DNA of 38,715 nucleotides from a virus. Lineage: Duplodnaviria; Caudoviricetes. Positions within the stretch are counted from its first letter, which is position 1; every line of letters starts with the position of its first letter. This document shows positions 8,925 through 19,010 of this stretch, piece after piece. Under the pieces are notes generated by a model. It was not told the origin of the DNA. It saw nothing but the letters and a program-made list of their open reading frames with translations, and made no database searches. The DNA lies in the IMG/VR virus record IMGVR_UViG_3300032320_001552, positions 1-38,715 of that record, one strand, 5' to 3'. The position numbers and the translations under genes are program-made.

Positions 8925-9835
8925 TAAATCCACCCAAACCATATATCTTTACTCAAGACGTTTTTTGTTTTGAAAAACCAAGCAATGCTAATGACTCTTT
9001 AAGTAATTTCCCTTTGTATAAAAACAAAACAAAGATGGAATATAGAGATGTTGTTAGGTATAAGAATGAACCACATCAATATTTTTTATCTAAAGAAAAA
9101 AAGATAATAGTTTCTACACCTGAAAATAATATTTATTCATTCTTTACTGATGTATTTTTCCCTATATATTATTTAAATAGATTTGAGCCAAGAGCAAAAT
9201 TTATAATTAATATGCCTTCTACTCAAAATTTTGGAAGAGGAAATTCATCTTTATATTTTAAAACATACACATACTTATTTAACATATTAACAAAAAGTGG
9301 TATTATATTTGAAGTTATAGAGCCTACAACAAGAAAAATATTTATTAATAACTTTTACATTTATAAAAGAAGCATTAATGACGTTTATATTGGTCATAAT
9401 TTAGACTTACCGAAACAATTGATCAGTAGGATTTCTAATAATCCAAATCCCGAAAAGATAATTCTTCTTGGAACAGATGAAAATAATCACACTGAGGAAG
9501 ATATTAAAAAGATTTTAGTTGAAAGATTTTCTATAACTGAAGAAGAACTTGCGCTATATAATGTAGAATATCATAACTCAGGTAAAATTACTAACTTCAA
9601 AGAAATGCTTGCATATATGAAAAATGTTAAAGTTGCAATTGTTTTAGATTGGTCAACCATGATTCCCTTCTTATTATTTATGCCAAAGGGTACTACAATA
9701 ATTACAACAAAATTATATAGTGGGCCAGATGTTGTACATGGTTGGCAGCCAACCCTACATAATCCAATATTTGCTCAGTTTATGAAAACTATTGTTATGA
9801 CTGATAACTTAAAAAAGATATTGGATGTTATATGA
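8897..9835 (+). CDS. Divergent GT61-like glycosyltransferase (start uncertain)
   Basis: Layout similar to the neighbour (Y.FF.D, L.FMPKGTTII); weak. Confidence 0.45.
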   Translation: MAIVNYGEIINPPKPYIFTQDVFCFEKPSNANDSLSNFPLYKNKTKMEYRDVVRYKNEPHQYFLSKEKKIIVSTPENNIYSFFTDVFFPIYYLNRFEPRAKFIINMPSTQNFGRGNSSLYFKTYTYLFNILTKSGIIFEVIEPTTRKIFINNFYIYKRSINDVYIGHNLDLPKQLISRISNNPNPEKIILLGTDENNHTEEDIKKILVERFSITEEELALYNVEYHNSGKITNFKEMLAYMKNVKVAIVLDWSTMIPFLLFMPKGTTIITTKLYSGPDVVHGWQPTLHNPIFAQFMKTIVMTDNLKKILDVI

Positions 9836-10908
9836 CAATTGAGCAAAAAATGATAAACGATATTCTAATGTGCGATTATTCAGAAGATACTGAAATTGTT
9901 TCTAGAAGTATGAATAGTCATTCTGGAAGTTATCGTGCCTACTTTAGCACTTTAGATGAGGTTGAAAATAAGACTGCAGTTACTTTTAATAATGATCTAG
10001 AAAAAGTAATTATTAAATTAGAACTAAGTTTTTATCATGTCTGGACAGACACTCTATCAATGATATTATTTTTAAAGGAATGTAAACCAGATATTCTTAT
10101 TCTTGTAGATTATGGACAACATGATACAAGAGTTTATCATGGTCTTTATCAAGAAGGACGCTTAACCAGAGAAACAGTAAATTTGTTTACGCAAAACGAA
10201 ATTCCAACTGTTGCTAGAGCACAGGCGTATATGGACTTTGTTGAGCAATTAGACAAGCATAATATACAATATTCTTGGATTGACCTAACAAAAGAATACG
10301 TTGTGGCCAATAAAATGTATTTGCCACACCATTATACTTTAGGATTAAGTCAACCATTCTTAAAACGTTTATCTGAAAAATCTATTGAGGTTAATGTTTT
10401 AGACAAGAATTTAAAGAAGGATAAAAAAATATATTTAAGTCGCAAACATATGAAGTTAAGTGATAAAAAAGCACAAGAGACCAATGGCTCACAACGTTTT
10501 CCATCTATTATTAATAATTTTTTTAAGTATCATAATGATAGAGTAGATGATGAAGAAGCGATAGAAAATTTTTTAAGAAATGAATTTGGATTTGAAATAA
10601 TTTATCCAGAAATTATGTTTGATAAGGGGATGTCCGAACAGATCAACTATATGAATCAGGTAAAAATAGTTGCGTCTTTAACAAGTAGTAGTCTTTCTAA
10701 TTTAACCTATATGAATTCTGATGCTACAATTATTGAATTTCTAGCACCACTAAATACCGAAGGGTATGAAACATATCATACTCATTATCAAGAAATGGCA
10801 AGATTTTTAAATCAAGACTATATATCAGTCCCGCATAATAGAAGTGCAGATGATATAATTAATGCAATAAAAAATAATAAATATTTGTTAAAAGTGTTAG
10901 GATCATAG
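9832..10908 (+). CDS. Glycosyltransferase family 61 (DUF563)-like protein
   Basis: KIYLSRK...R...EE.IE......GFEII.PE...EQI......IV.....L.N..YM...A.IIE. Confidence 0.75.
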   Translation: MTIEQKMINDILMCDYSEDTEIVSRSMNSHSGSYRAYFSTLDEVENKTAVTFNNDLEKVIIKLELSFYHVWTDTLSMILFLKECKPDILILVDYGQHDTRVYHGLYQEGRLTRETVNLFTQNEIPTVARAQAYMDFVEQLDKHNIQYSWIDLTKEYVVANKMYLPHHYTLGLSQPFLKRLSEKSIEVNVLDKNLKKDKKIYLSRKHMKLSDKKAQETNGSQRFPSIINNFFKYHNDRVDDEEAIENFLRNEFGFEIIYPEIMFDKGMSEQINYMNQVKIVASLTSSSLSNLTYMNSDATIIEFLAPLNTEGYETYHTHYQEMARFLNQDYISVPHNRSADDIINAIKNNKYLLKVLGS

Positions 10909-12273
10909 ATGAATAAACTCGTTATATTTGATTTAGATGGAGTGCTAGTAGATAGCAAAGATATACACTTCAACGCATTAAATATAGCCCTGGGAAAAAT
11001 TGGTGAAGAATATATTATTAATAGGGAAGATCATATTAACATATATGATGGTCTACCAACTAACAAGAAGTTAGAAATTTTAACAGAAACAAAACAGTTG
11101 CCATCTAGCCTGTATGAAGATATCTGGAAAGATAAGCAAAAAACTACTCTTGATCTATTTAATAATATTAAGATTGATGAAGACTTAATAAAGTATTGTA
11201 AATTAATTAAAGATAATAATATTAATATTGCAGTAGCAAGTAATAGTATAAGACAAACAATAAATATTTGCCTTGAAAGATTGGGTATAGAGGAGTATAT
11301 TGATCTTGTACTAAGTAATGAAGATGTATATAATCCAAAACCTCATCCAGAAATTTATTGGAAAACTATGTCATCGTTTGGCGTATTGCCAGAACAAACT
11401 GTTATCTTTGAAGATAGCATAGTAGGTATTTTGGCTGCTAAACAAAGTGGGGCATCCTTAGTCGAGGTATTGAATAGATCAGATCTGACAATAGATAAAA
11501 TAAATCATGCAATAGATACTTTAAGTACTCCAAATTCATCCTGGAGTGATAATAGTTTGAACGTATTAATACCAATGGCAGGATTAGGAACACGGTTTAG
11601 TGATGCAGGTTATGAATTTCCTAAACCACTTGTCGAAGTTGATGGAAAACCAATGATACAGGCTGTCGTAGAAAGTTTAAAGATAAAGGCAAAGTATATT
11701 TATGTAGTTCAAAAAGAACATTACAACAAATATAATCTTTACTATTTGTTAAATTTAATTACACCAGGATGTGAAATAGTAGTTATAGACGGAATAACTG
11801 AGGGTGCTGCAGTTACTGCCCTATTAGCCAAAGATTTTATTGATAACAATAAGCCATTACTTATGGCTAATTCAGATCAAATTATTGAATGGAATCCCAA
11901 AGATTTTATATATGACCTAACTACAAAGAGTGCTGATGGAGGGATTGCTACCTTTAAATCTGTGCATCCAAAGTGGTCATATGCCAGACTAGATAGCAAT
12001 GGTTTAGTTGTTGAGGTTGCAGAGAAGAAGCCAATTAGCGACATTGCTACAGTTGGGATATACTATTGGAAACACGGTTCTGACTTTGTTAAATATGCAC
12101 AACAGATGATCGATAATAATATTAGGGTAAATAATGAGTTTTATGTTTGCCCAGTTTTTAACGAGGCAATTAAAGATGGTAAGCGTATCTTTACTAAAGA
12201 CATAAATAAAATGTGGGGTGTAGGAACTCCAGAAGATCTTAAACAATACCTATATGAAAAGAGAAATAGTTGA
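10909..12273 (+). CDS. Fused HAD phosphatase and nucleotidyl/glycosyl-transferase (GT-A, BcbE-like)
   Basis: IFDLDGVL, ASNS, KPHP, FEDS; then IPMAGLGTRF...PKPL, VAEK.PIS..ATVG.YYW, GVGTPEDL. Confidence 0.9.
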   Translation: MNKLVIFDLDGVLVDSKDIHFNALNIALGKIGEEYIINREDHINIYDGLPTNKKLEILTETKQLPSSLYEDIWKDKQKTTLDLFNNIKIDEDLIKYCKLIKDNNINIAVASNSIRQTINICLERLGIEEYIDLVLSNEDVYNPKPHPEIYWKTMSSFGVLPEQTVIFEDSIVGILAAKQSGASLVEVLNRSDLTIDKINHAIDTLSTPNSSWSDNSLNVLIPMAGLGTRFSDAGYEFPKPLVEVDGKPMIQAVVESLKIKAKYIYVVQKEHYNKYNLYYLLNLITPGCEIVVIDGITEGAAVTALLAKDFIDNNKPLLMANSDQIIEWNPKDFIYDLTTKSADGGIATFKSVHPKWSYARLDSNGLVVEVAEKKPISDIATVGIYYWKHGSDFVKYAQQMIDNNIRVNNEFYVCPVFNEAIKDGKRIFTKDINKMWGVGTPEDLKQYLYEKRNS

Positions 12274-12707
12274 TAAAGATATCTCATAGAGGAAATCTCA
12301 TAGGGCCTAATCCACGAATGGAGAATACAATTGAGGCTATTTTTACAGCACTAGGGAAAGGTTTTAATGTTGAAATTGATGTCTGGGTAATTGATGGAAT
12401 AATATATTTTGGACATAATGAACCTGAAAGAATTGTTGATGAGTTTATTATAAATAAAATTAGCAAACATGGCTGGTTTCACTGCAAAAATCTAGAAGCA
12501 ATTTTATTTTTCTTAGAAAATTATAAAGAATTAAATTATTTTTGGCACCAAGAAGATGATTTTACGCTAACTAGCAGCAACCACATATGGACTTATCCAG
12601 GTAAAAATGTTAATAAGATGTCAATTCTTGTTGATCTTGACTTAAGTTCGGGTATAGTATATAATGATATATATGGAGTGTGTAGCGACTATATTGGATT
12701 GGTTTAA
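12270..12707 (+). CDS. Glycerophosphodiester phosphodiesterase-like protein
   Basis: ISHRGN...EN...VEIDVW...GH, W.HCKN, GVCSDY. Confidence 0.78.
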   Translation: MIKISHRGNLIGPNPRMENTIEAIFTALGKGFNVEIDVWVIDGIIYFGHNEPERIVDEFIINKISKHGWFHCKNLEAILFFLENYKELNYFWHQEDDFTLTSSNHIWTYPGKNVNKMSILVDLDLSSGIVYNDIYGVCSDYIGLV

Positions 12708-12709
12708 TA

Positions 12710-12940
12710 ATGTATACAGATGAAATGCGTAGGGCTTTTCATGCTGTAGCAGCACCAAAAAATTTTGCAGTACAGGTAATTGATAATGATCATTTTCTTA
12801 CCATTAAGTTAGATGAAAGAAAGTTTATACATATGACGCATGACGAAAAGATGGAAGCAGTACAGTATGTTGTTAGACTTAAAGATGCTTTAGAGCAGAA
12901 TGGGGCAATTGTTTTGGTTACTAGGGAAGTTCTTAAATGA
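12710..12940 (+). CDS. Hypothetical protein
   Basis: ORF track; operon context. Confidence 0.75.
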   Translation: MYTDEMRRAFHAVAAPKNFAVQVIDNDHFLTIKLDERKFIHMTHDEKMEAVQYVVRLKDALEQNGAIVLVTREVLK

Positions 12941-13359
12941 AAGATTTTATACTAAATAATTATCCAACAATCTTACTTTCTTTATTCTCTTTATCTTTTG
13001 CTATTTATTTTTATTCATCTCAGTATAAGATTAGAAGTGTTGAAAAAAGGTTTGCTAAACTATTTGCAGACTATCAAAACCTTCAAAGAATATTCAAAGA
13101 TAATAATGAATTTAAATCAGATAGTGATTCACACAAAGAAAACTTTATTAAATTCTTGTCTGATTCTCGTGATTGGGCTTTTGAATATATTGATGATGTT
13201 CAGAAATCAATTAATGAAATTATAGAAAAAACAGAAAGCACAGTAGAATATCACAAGAAGTTTGGCTCATTAGAGATTGAGCCATATGCAACACATATAA
13301 CTGTATTGGCAGATGCAGTAGAAGAACTAAAAACACTACTACCAAATAAGGATAAATAA
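12937..13359 (+). CDS. Membrane-anchored coiled-coil protein
   Basis: N-terminal TM segment; ATGA overlap. Confidence 0.7.
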   Translation: MKDFILNNYPTILLSLFSLSFAIYFYSSQYKIRSVEKRFAKLFADYQNLQRIFKDNNEFKSDSDSHKENFIKFLSDSRDWAFEYIDDVQKSINEIIEKTESTVEYHKKFGSLEIEPYATHITVLADAVEELKTLLPNKDK

Positions 13360-13517
13360 TGAAAGATATCATACTATCAACACTAACAGGTTTTGGATGT
13401 GGCATCGTGTTTGCTGCATTCAAGTTGCCAGTACCAGCACCACCAGTTTTTGCGGGAGTCGCAGGAATTATTGGTCTATGGATTGGCTTTTCAACATTAA
13501 CACGAATTATATCCTAG
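13359..13517 (+). CDS. XapX/DUF1427-domain small membrane protein (52 aa, not in ORF track)
   Basis: MKDIILSTLTGFGCGIVFAAFKLPVPAPPVFAGVAGIIGLWIG; PxPAPP signature. Confidence 0.8.
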   Translation: MKDIILSTLTGFGCGIVFAAFKLPVPAPPVFAGVAGIIGLWIGFSTLTRIIS

Positions 13518-13525
13518 GAGGAAAT

Positions 13526-13819
13526 ATGTCACATCATAACGAAAAACAAGCACAACTAAAAGCATTACTAGCGTCATATGCTCGCTCAGTGCTTGCTTCA
13601 GGTTTAGCGCTATATATGGCAGGAGTAACAGATCCAAAGGATCTATGGACAGCACTAGTGGCTGCAGTTGCTCCAGTGGCTATTAGAGCAATTAACCCTA
13701 ACGATAAGGCTTTTGGTGTATTGCCAAATGCTGAAGAGGTAGATAAGGCTCTAAAGGCTGCTAAAGCACCTGTAAAGAAGAAGGCAGTAGCAAAGAAGGC
13801 TGCTCCAAAGAAGAAGTAA
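13526..13819 (+). CDS. Holin-like membrane protein with Lys/Ala-rich tail
   Basis: AGGAGG RBS; SYARS..., two TM segments, NPND.AFG; true start is 13526, not 13397. Confidence 0.6.
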   Translation: MSHHNEKQAQLKALLASYARSVLASGLALYMAGVTDPKDLWTALVAAVAPVAIRAINPNDKAFGVLPNAEEVDKALKAAKAPVKKKAVAKKAAPKKK

Positions 13820-13832
13820 GCAATTGCTTATG

Positions 13833-13864
13833 GGGGTCAGTCTAGAGATAGGCTGGCCCCTTTT
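13833..13864 (+). terminator. Intrinsic terminator
   Basis: GGGGTCAGTCTA-GAGA-TAGGCTGGCCCC followed by TTTT. Confidence 0.8.
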
Positions 13865-13882
13865 CTATGATAGGATATACAT

Positions 13883-14581
13883 ATGGCTAATTTTGGATCA
13901 TTGTGGATTGGTAATCCCCTAAGTAAAGTAGAACAAACAGCCCTAGCGTCTTTTATTTATTATGGTCATTCACTTACTTTATTTGTTTATGATATGGATA
14001 TGAAAGTTCCTAAAGGCGTAGTTAAAGCCAACGCTAATGATATTATTCATGAGTCAGAAATTTTTAAAATACAAAATTCTTATGGACCATTTGCAGATAT
14101 GTTTAGATATACTATGATACAGAAAACTGGATTAATATGGACTGATACTGATTCAATATGTTTAAGAGCAGACTGGGATTTTCAAGAATATATTTTTGGG
14201 TTTGAAGAAGATAATCGTTTAGCAAATGGAATTTTGAAGATGCCACAAGATTCTGATCTAATCAAATTCTTAATTAAAAACTCAGTGTCGTATGACAAAG
14301 AAAAGATAGTTTGGTCTGAGATTGGCCCACAACTAGTTACTAAAGGGGCTAATAGATTTGGCGTTTTAAAATATGCCCAACCACCAGAAGTCTTTTATCC
14401 TATTCATTTTTGGCAATGGAAAAAGTTATGGTTAAAAGAAAACAAAGAAGAAGTTTTAAATAAAATAAAAGACAGTCATACATTACAAATTTGGAATCAG
14501 TTTTTAAATAGAGAAGGAATTGATAAAAACAAATTACCTAAAGGTTCCGTGATTGATCACTTTTATAAAAAGTTTATTTAA
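13883..14581 (+). CDS. Glycosyltransferase family 32 (DXD, alpha-1,4-GT-like)
   Basis: SLWIG..LS..E...L.SF, ADMFRY, G.IW.DTD, GP.L.T. Confidence 0.85.
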   Translation: MANFGSLWIGNPLSKVEQTALASFIYYGHSLTLFVYDMDMKVPKGVVKANANDIIHESEIFKIQNSYGPFADMFRYTMIQKTGLIWTDTDSICLRADWDFQEYIFGFEEDNRLANGILKMPQDSDLIKFLIKNSVSYDKEKIVWSEIGPQLVTKGANRFGVLKYAQPPEVFYPIHFWQWKKLWLKENKEEVLNKIKDSHTLQIWNQFLNREGIDKNKLPKGSVIDHFYKKFI

Positions 14582-16053
14582 ACTATACCAGTCATATCTT
14601 TTTTGGCTGATCCCTGAACTGTAGATTTAGTTCTATATATATCGCATATGTTTTTCTTTTCATATTTAATTGCATACACATTTAACTTATCATGATAAAA
14701 TAAATAGTGATCTATAGGTCTAGATACAGGATTTTTTACATCCTTTATCATTTTTAATGCCCCAGATTTACTTACAACATAACACAAACAAGACCAGGAT
14801 TGATATACTTTGCATATATTTTCTTTGCCTATCATAAGACTTTCTTTATTTTTTTTGTATCTAATGTTTCCAGTTTCTGGTATATAAACAGTAAAAACAT
14901 CCCAATCATCAGGCAACTCTTTTATATATTTTAAAAGTAGTTCGTTAAAGTTTTTCGTTAACTGAATATCATCTTCCATTAATATTAAGTTGTCATATTT
15001 TGAATTAGAAAAATTAGTCCAAGCCGTATAGTTGCTTGCCCAAATACCTAACTCTCCAGGCTTCCAGCCATTATCCTCATGGCCTTTAGGATAGATCTTA
15101 ATCTTTGATTTTTTATAAAAGTTAGAAATATCTTCATCACTTGCCATCATAATAGTTGGCGTGTCTAACTCATCAAAGTTTATAAAGAGTTGTTTTTTTG
15201 CACGATTTGTAAGTACATTTCTAGGTCTCATATTAGGATCATCTGTTTCATTATGAAAAATTTTAAAGCATATTGTAGATTTACTTTTTTCTAAATTAAT
15301 TTCAAAATTAATATTAAACATTTGTTCTTTGGTATATTTATTTTTATTTTCTTTCCACCAAGAATTAATATAGTTTCTTGATCTAGTATGAAAATTTTCA
15401 TGGCTTAGGTTAATAGCACTTTTTGAATTGATAGTATGTGTAAATATTGGCATAGAATATGCAGTTCCTAAATTATAAAGTATTACATCGGCAGCCTGAT
15501 TTTTAAATCCATAGTTATTAAATTTATATTTACCATTTGAGTAATGTTCTTTAACTAATACCTTTGCATAACTTCGTCTAATCATATAGCATGCTGTTGA
15601 CCAGGAATATGACATCTTAAGTTCATCTCTAAATTTTTCTTTTTTATGCATGTTAAACTTAATTGGTTCATTTTTTATCATAACAAACTGAACTATTTCT
15701 GCATCTTTTGGTATATTATTAACTACATAGTCCCAATCCCATGACCAATAATCAACAGTATCAAAACTAAAATCATCTTCCATAATAATTGCATACTCAC
15801 TATTAGAATTTTCTAACCAATGGTTTAACGCTTTAATATGGGATGCTAAACAACCTATTTCGCTAGATCTAAGTTTTGGATAACGTCCATCAATGATGCT
15901 GGATAAATCATCTTTTCTACCATCTACCGCATTAATAACAGTATAGTCTGTAATGTTATATTTCTTAAATTCTTTTTTTGCATGCTTTAGTCTGTCAACA
16001 TGATCTTCAAGATTAATTAGATATACTGGCCCAAAGTTTTTTAACTTATTCAT
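14578..16053 (-). CDS. Tandem double glycosyltransferase family 25 protein
   Basis: YLINL...R, EIGC.ASH, IMEDD, TACY; second copy GELG.WAS, LMEDD, CLCYVVS..GA, PID. Confidence 0.88.
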   Translation of the reverse strand: MNKLKNFGPVYLINLEDHVDRLKHAKKEFKKYNITDYTVINAVDGRKDDLSSIIDGRYPKLRSSEIGCLASHIKALNHWLENSNSEYAIIMEDDFSFDTVDYWSWDWDYVVNNIPKDAEIVQFVMIKNEPIKFNMHKKEKFRDELKMSYSWSTACYMIRRSYAKVLVKEHYSNGKYKFNNYGFKNQAADVILYNLGTAYSMPIFTHTINSKSAINLSHENFHTRSRNYINSWWKENKNKYTKEQMFNINFEINLEKSKSTICFKIFHNETDDPNMRPRNVLTNRAKKQLFINFDELDTPTIMMASDEDISNFYKKSKIKIYPKGHEDNGWKPGELGIWASNYTAWTNFSNSKYDNLILMEDDIQLTKNFNELLLKYIKELPDDWDVFTVYIPETGNIRYKKNKESLMIGKENICKVYQSWSCLCYVVSKSGALKMIKDVKNPVSRPIDHYLFYHDKLNVYAIKYEKKNICDIYRTKSTVQGSAKKDMTGIV

Positions 16054-16622
16054 ATTTTAACTATCCATAGTTGTTCATTACTTATCAAGAGTTCATATTC
16101 TTTATTTATATCACTAAGAAACTTATCTATTCCACCCTTTGGGGATAACTCTTGTTTTCCAGAGTCATGAATCCATCTGTAGTCATCAAAAGCCATTAAG
16201 CCATTTTGCTTTAAACATTTCCAAGCCAGGGTAGCGTCAGAGTAAACTCCAGCACTAGTATGGTCTCCATCTATATAAATAAAGTCATAGTGATTGATTG
16301 GTGCAGATATTAAAAACTCTTTAGAATCACCCTTTATTTTGCATATATTAGTATAGTTAGACATTCTGCTATCGTAATAATTTTCTATTTCTTTCCAGTT
16401 TAATTGTTTGTGAACTTCTTCTTCAGATCCAGACCAAGTATCTACATCTGTTAGCCAAGATGTTTTATCAGTAATTATATTATCCATGATCCATTCAGAC
16501 GCATCTCCAGTATATGTACCAATCTGTAGAAAATCTATCAATGGTTTTCCAGCAAATCTTTGTGTCAACATAAGATCAAAATATTTAATAGCATTTTGTT
16601 CAAACCAATTTGGATACCCCAT
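16050..16622 (-). CDS. Class I SAM methyltransferase (Methyltransf_24-like)
   Basis: LQIGTYTG, VDTW, YDFIYIDGDH, G.MAFDDY. Confidence 0.88.
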   Translation of the reverse strand: MGYPNWFEQNAIKYFDLMLTQRFAGKPLIDFLQIGTYTGDASEWIMDNIITDKTSWLTDVDTWSGSEEEVHKQLNWKEIENYYDSRMSNYTNICKIKGDSKEFLISAPINHYDFIYIDGDHTSAGVYSDATLAWKCLKQNGLMAFDDYRWIHDSGKQELSPKGGIDKFLSDINKEYELLISNEQLWIVKI

Positions 16623-16661
16623 ATATTATATTATACCCTACCAATCTGATATACTGTTAAT

Positions 16662-17243
16662 ATGTCAATTAAAACCATATCACAAGAACAGTTAAACAAT
16701 GCTAGATTATTTTCTAGAAAAGAAGAGTTTGCAAAACATATTCCTAAAGGATCTAGGATATTAGAAATAGGAACACTTGCAGGGGATTATGCAGAAGTAC
16801 TTATCAAAGAGGTAGAACCAGCCTCTATTGACCTTATAGACGTGTTTAAAGCCAATGATTGGCCTGACTGTAACAGGTTCGATAAGTCTGGACATTTTGA
16901 TTTTGTAAAAAATAGATTTAAAAATGTTAAAAATATTACGTATCATAAAGGTTATAGTAATCTAATTATGCCAGGGATGGGTAAAGAGTTTGATTATATA
17001 TATATTGACGCTAATCATGATTACGAACATTGCAAGGCTGATTTAATGAACTCTTTACCGCTTTTAGCGGAAGATGGAATAATTGGATTTAATGACTATA
17101 TAGTGGATCAAGATCATGGTGTTGATTATGGTGTTATTGAAGTTGTTTGTGAATTTTTAGATAAGAATAGAGATTGGGAAGTTATAGGTTTTGCACTACA
17201 AGAAAATATGTATGCAGATATTTATATTAAAAGGACTAGGTAA
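16662..17243 (+). CDS. Class I SAM methyltransferase (Methyltransf_24-like)
   Basis: LEIGT..G, FDYIYIDANH.YE, GII..NDY...YGV. Confidence 0.88.
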   Translation: MSIKTISQEQLNNARLFSRKEEFAKHIPKGSRILEIGTLAGDYAEVLIKEVEPASIDLIDVFKANDWPDCNRFDKSGHFDFVKNRFKNVKNITYHKGYSNLIMPGMGKEFDYIYIDANHDYEHCKADLMNSLPLLAEDGIIGFNDYIVDQDHGVDYGVIEVVCEFLDKNRDWEVIGFALQENMYADIYIKRTR

Positions 17244-17929
17244 TGGATTACGTATATATTTGTAGATCAGGGGCGAATGAGGAACTTAGATATTCTATTA
17301 GATCAATAGTAAAAAATCTAGGTGCCAAAACTATCTGGGTAGTTGGCAATAAACCTGATTGGTATACTGGAAACTTTATAGAAGTAAAAGATACTGGAAA
17401 TAAGTTTGAAAATATAACAAAATGTTATGAAGTTATATCACATTCAAATAGTATATCTGAAGACTTTATTCTAATGAATGATGATTTTTTTGTAATGATT
17501 CCAACTGCTAAAATTCCAATAGTTTATAACGGCACTTTAACTGAAAAGATAGAATCACATATAGAAGAACAAGGACCAACAGCATACTCTAGAGTTTTAA
17601 AAAACGCTAACACATATTTAAAAAATAATAAAATTAAAAATCCTTTAAACTACGATTTGCACTTCCCAATGCAGATAAATCGAAATCTGCTTTCTAGGAT
17701 TGATCTAAGTATCTATGCACCAAGATCAGTATATGGAAACACCTATAGTATTGGTGGAGAGCAAATGAAAGATGTAAAGGTATATGCTTCTGATGGTGAT
17801 ATTTATTTAGGAAGTCGTCAATTTTTATCAACGGAAGATAAAAGTTTTAAAAAATTATTAACGCAAATGGAGCAGGTTTTACCAGATCCTTCACCATATG
17901 AGTCAACTATAGAATCTGATAGCCATTAA
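17243..17929 (+). CDS. Stealth-like / GT-A sugar-phosphotransferase-like protein
   Basis: DYVY, EELRYSIRS, P.W, ISEDFILMNDDFF, H.P motifs. Confidence 0.7.
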   Translation: MDYVYICRSGANEELRYSIRSIVKNLGAKTIWVVGNKPDWYTGNFIEVKDTGNKFENITKCYEVISHSNSISEDFILMNDDFFVMIPTAKIPIVYNGTLTEKIESHIEEQGPTAYSRVLKNANTYLKNNKIKNPLNYDLHFPMQINRNLLSRIDLSIYAPRSVYGNTYSIGGEQMKDVKVYASDGDIYLGSRQFLSTEDKSFKKLLTQMEQVLPDPSPYESTIESDSH

Positions 17930-18083
17930 TAGATAGGGCTTTTCCAATATCCTTACAGATCTCATCATAATCTATCTCCATGATGCTATTTTCTGTGTTT
18001 AGGGGGTGAAATACGAGGTTTTTAGGCAAAGAGTCTTGCAGTGCTTTGCTTATGGTTGCCTTTACTTTATTATCCATTTTCAT
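17907..18083 (-). CDS. Small hypothetical protein (58 aa)
   Basis: Hand-translated MKMDNKVKATISKALQDSLP...; -10 TATACT just upstream. Confidence 0.55.
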   Translation of the reverse strand: MKMDNKVKATISKALQDSLPKNLVFHPLNTENSIMEIDYDEICKDIGKALSINGYQIL

Positions 18084-18125
18084 ACTAACTACCAGTATAT
18101 CAGAATGTTATAGTATAATAGATAT

Positions 18126-18692
18126 ATGGCTGATACATATACCCCGAATGCTGGCATGAAGGCTGCTGCCAGACGTGCTTTGAAATGGAAAGAACAAGGT
18201 AAAGCAACTGGTGCTGGAACTCCTGTAGGATGGGGAAGAGCAACTGATATTGTTGCTGGAAGAGCATTATCGTTAGATACAGTTAAAAGAATGTATTCAT
18301 TTTTTTCAAGACACGAAGTAGATAAAAAAGGTAAAGATTTTAATAATACAAGTAATCCATCTAATGGTCGTATTATGTGGGATGCATGGGGTGGAGATGC
18401 AGGATTCTCTTGGTCTCGTGCAATTGTAGAACGTGAAAAGAAAGCAGAGAAGGCTTTATTTCAAAACTTTGGAAACCTTATAACTGGTCCAGAAAGATTG
18501 GTATCAATTTTTAATCTTGAAAAAAAGAAAGATTATTCTAATATAATTAAACCACGAAAAGGTGAGCCACAGGATAAAGAGTTATATGCTCGTGTTATTG
18601 CAGCAGCAAAGAAAAAGTTTGAAGTATATCCATCTGCAGTAGCAAATGCTTGGGTAGTTGCAGAATATAAAAGACGTGGTGGTAAATACTAA
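18126..18692 (+). CDS. Phage protein with GT.VG..RA domain and DUF5872-like C-terminus
   Basis: AARRAL.W...GTPVGWGRA...W..WGG..G..W; LYARV...YPSA.AN.W...EYKRRGG.Y. Confidence 0.7.
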   Translation: MADTYTPNAGMKAAARRALKWKEQGKATGAGTPVGWGRATDIVAGRALSLDTVKRMYSFFSRHEVDKKGKDFNNTSNPSNGRIMWDAWGGDAGFSWSRAIVEREKKAEKALFQNFGNLITGPERLVSIFNLEKKKDYSNIIKPRKGEPQDKELYARVIAAAKKKFEVYPSAVANAWVVAEYKRRGGKY

Positions 18693-18696
18693 GTCG

Positions 18697-18769
18697 TACC
18701 CCTAGCAGGAATCGAACCTGCGACGCTTGGCTTAGAAGTCCAACGTTCTATCCACTGAACTATAGAGGC
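18697..18769 (-). tRNA. tRNA-Arg(TCT)
   Basis: Reverse complement GCCTCTA.../TAGGGGT, loop CTTCTAA, GGTTCGATTCC. Confidence 0.9.
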
Positions 18770-18770
18770 G

Positions 18771-18844
18771 TACACCAGGTAGGACTTGAACCTACGATAA
18801 CCGAATTATGAGTTCGGGGCCTTAACCAACTTGGCTACTGGTGC
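18771..18844 (-). tRNA. tRNA with CAT anticodon (Ile2 or elongator Met; not initiator)
   Basis: GCACCAG/CTGGTGT, CCGAA-CTCATAA-TTCGG, GGTTCAAGTCC; lacks the fMet GGG/CCC stem. Confidence 0.88.
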
Positions 18845-18851
18845 TAAATAA

Positions 18852-19010
18852 CTATCCTACAAGTTTGGCAATTGTTCCTAATAAAAATCCAATAAGAAAC
18901 ATAAAACTACCAACTGCCCAGTAGTATGATTTCATCATATAGTCTCTTATTATTTTATCTTTTGCTTGCTTTGAAACTCTGCTAACTTCCTCATCTAAAA
19001 AACTACTCAA
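18852..19010 (-). CDS. Small protein with C-terminal TM segment (52 aa)
   Basis: TTG start after AAGGAG; hand-translated. Confidence 0.6.
   Translation of the reverse strand: MSSFLDEEVSRVSKQAKDKIIRDYMMKSYYWAVGSFMFLIGFLLGTIAKLVG

Noticed and set aside
13397-13525. N-terminal extension of ORF 13397-13819
   Set aside because: The region encodes the XapX-like protein in another frame; the RBS supports a start at 13526.
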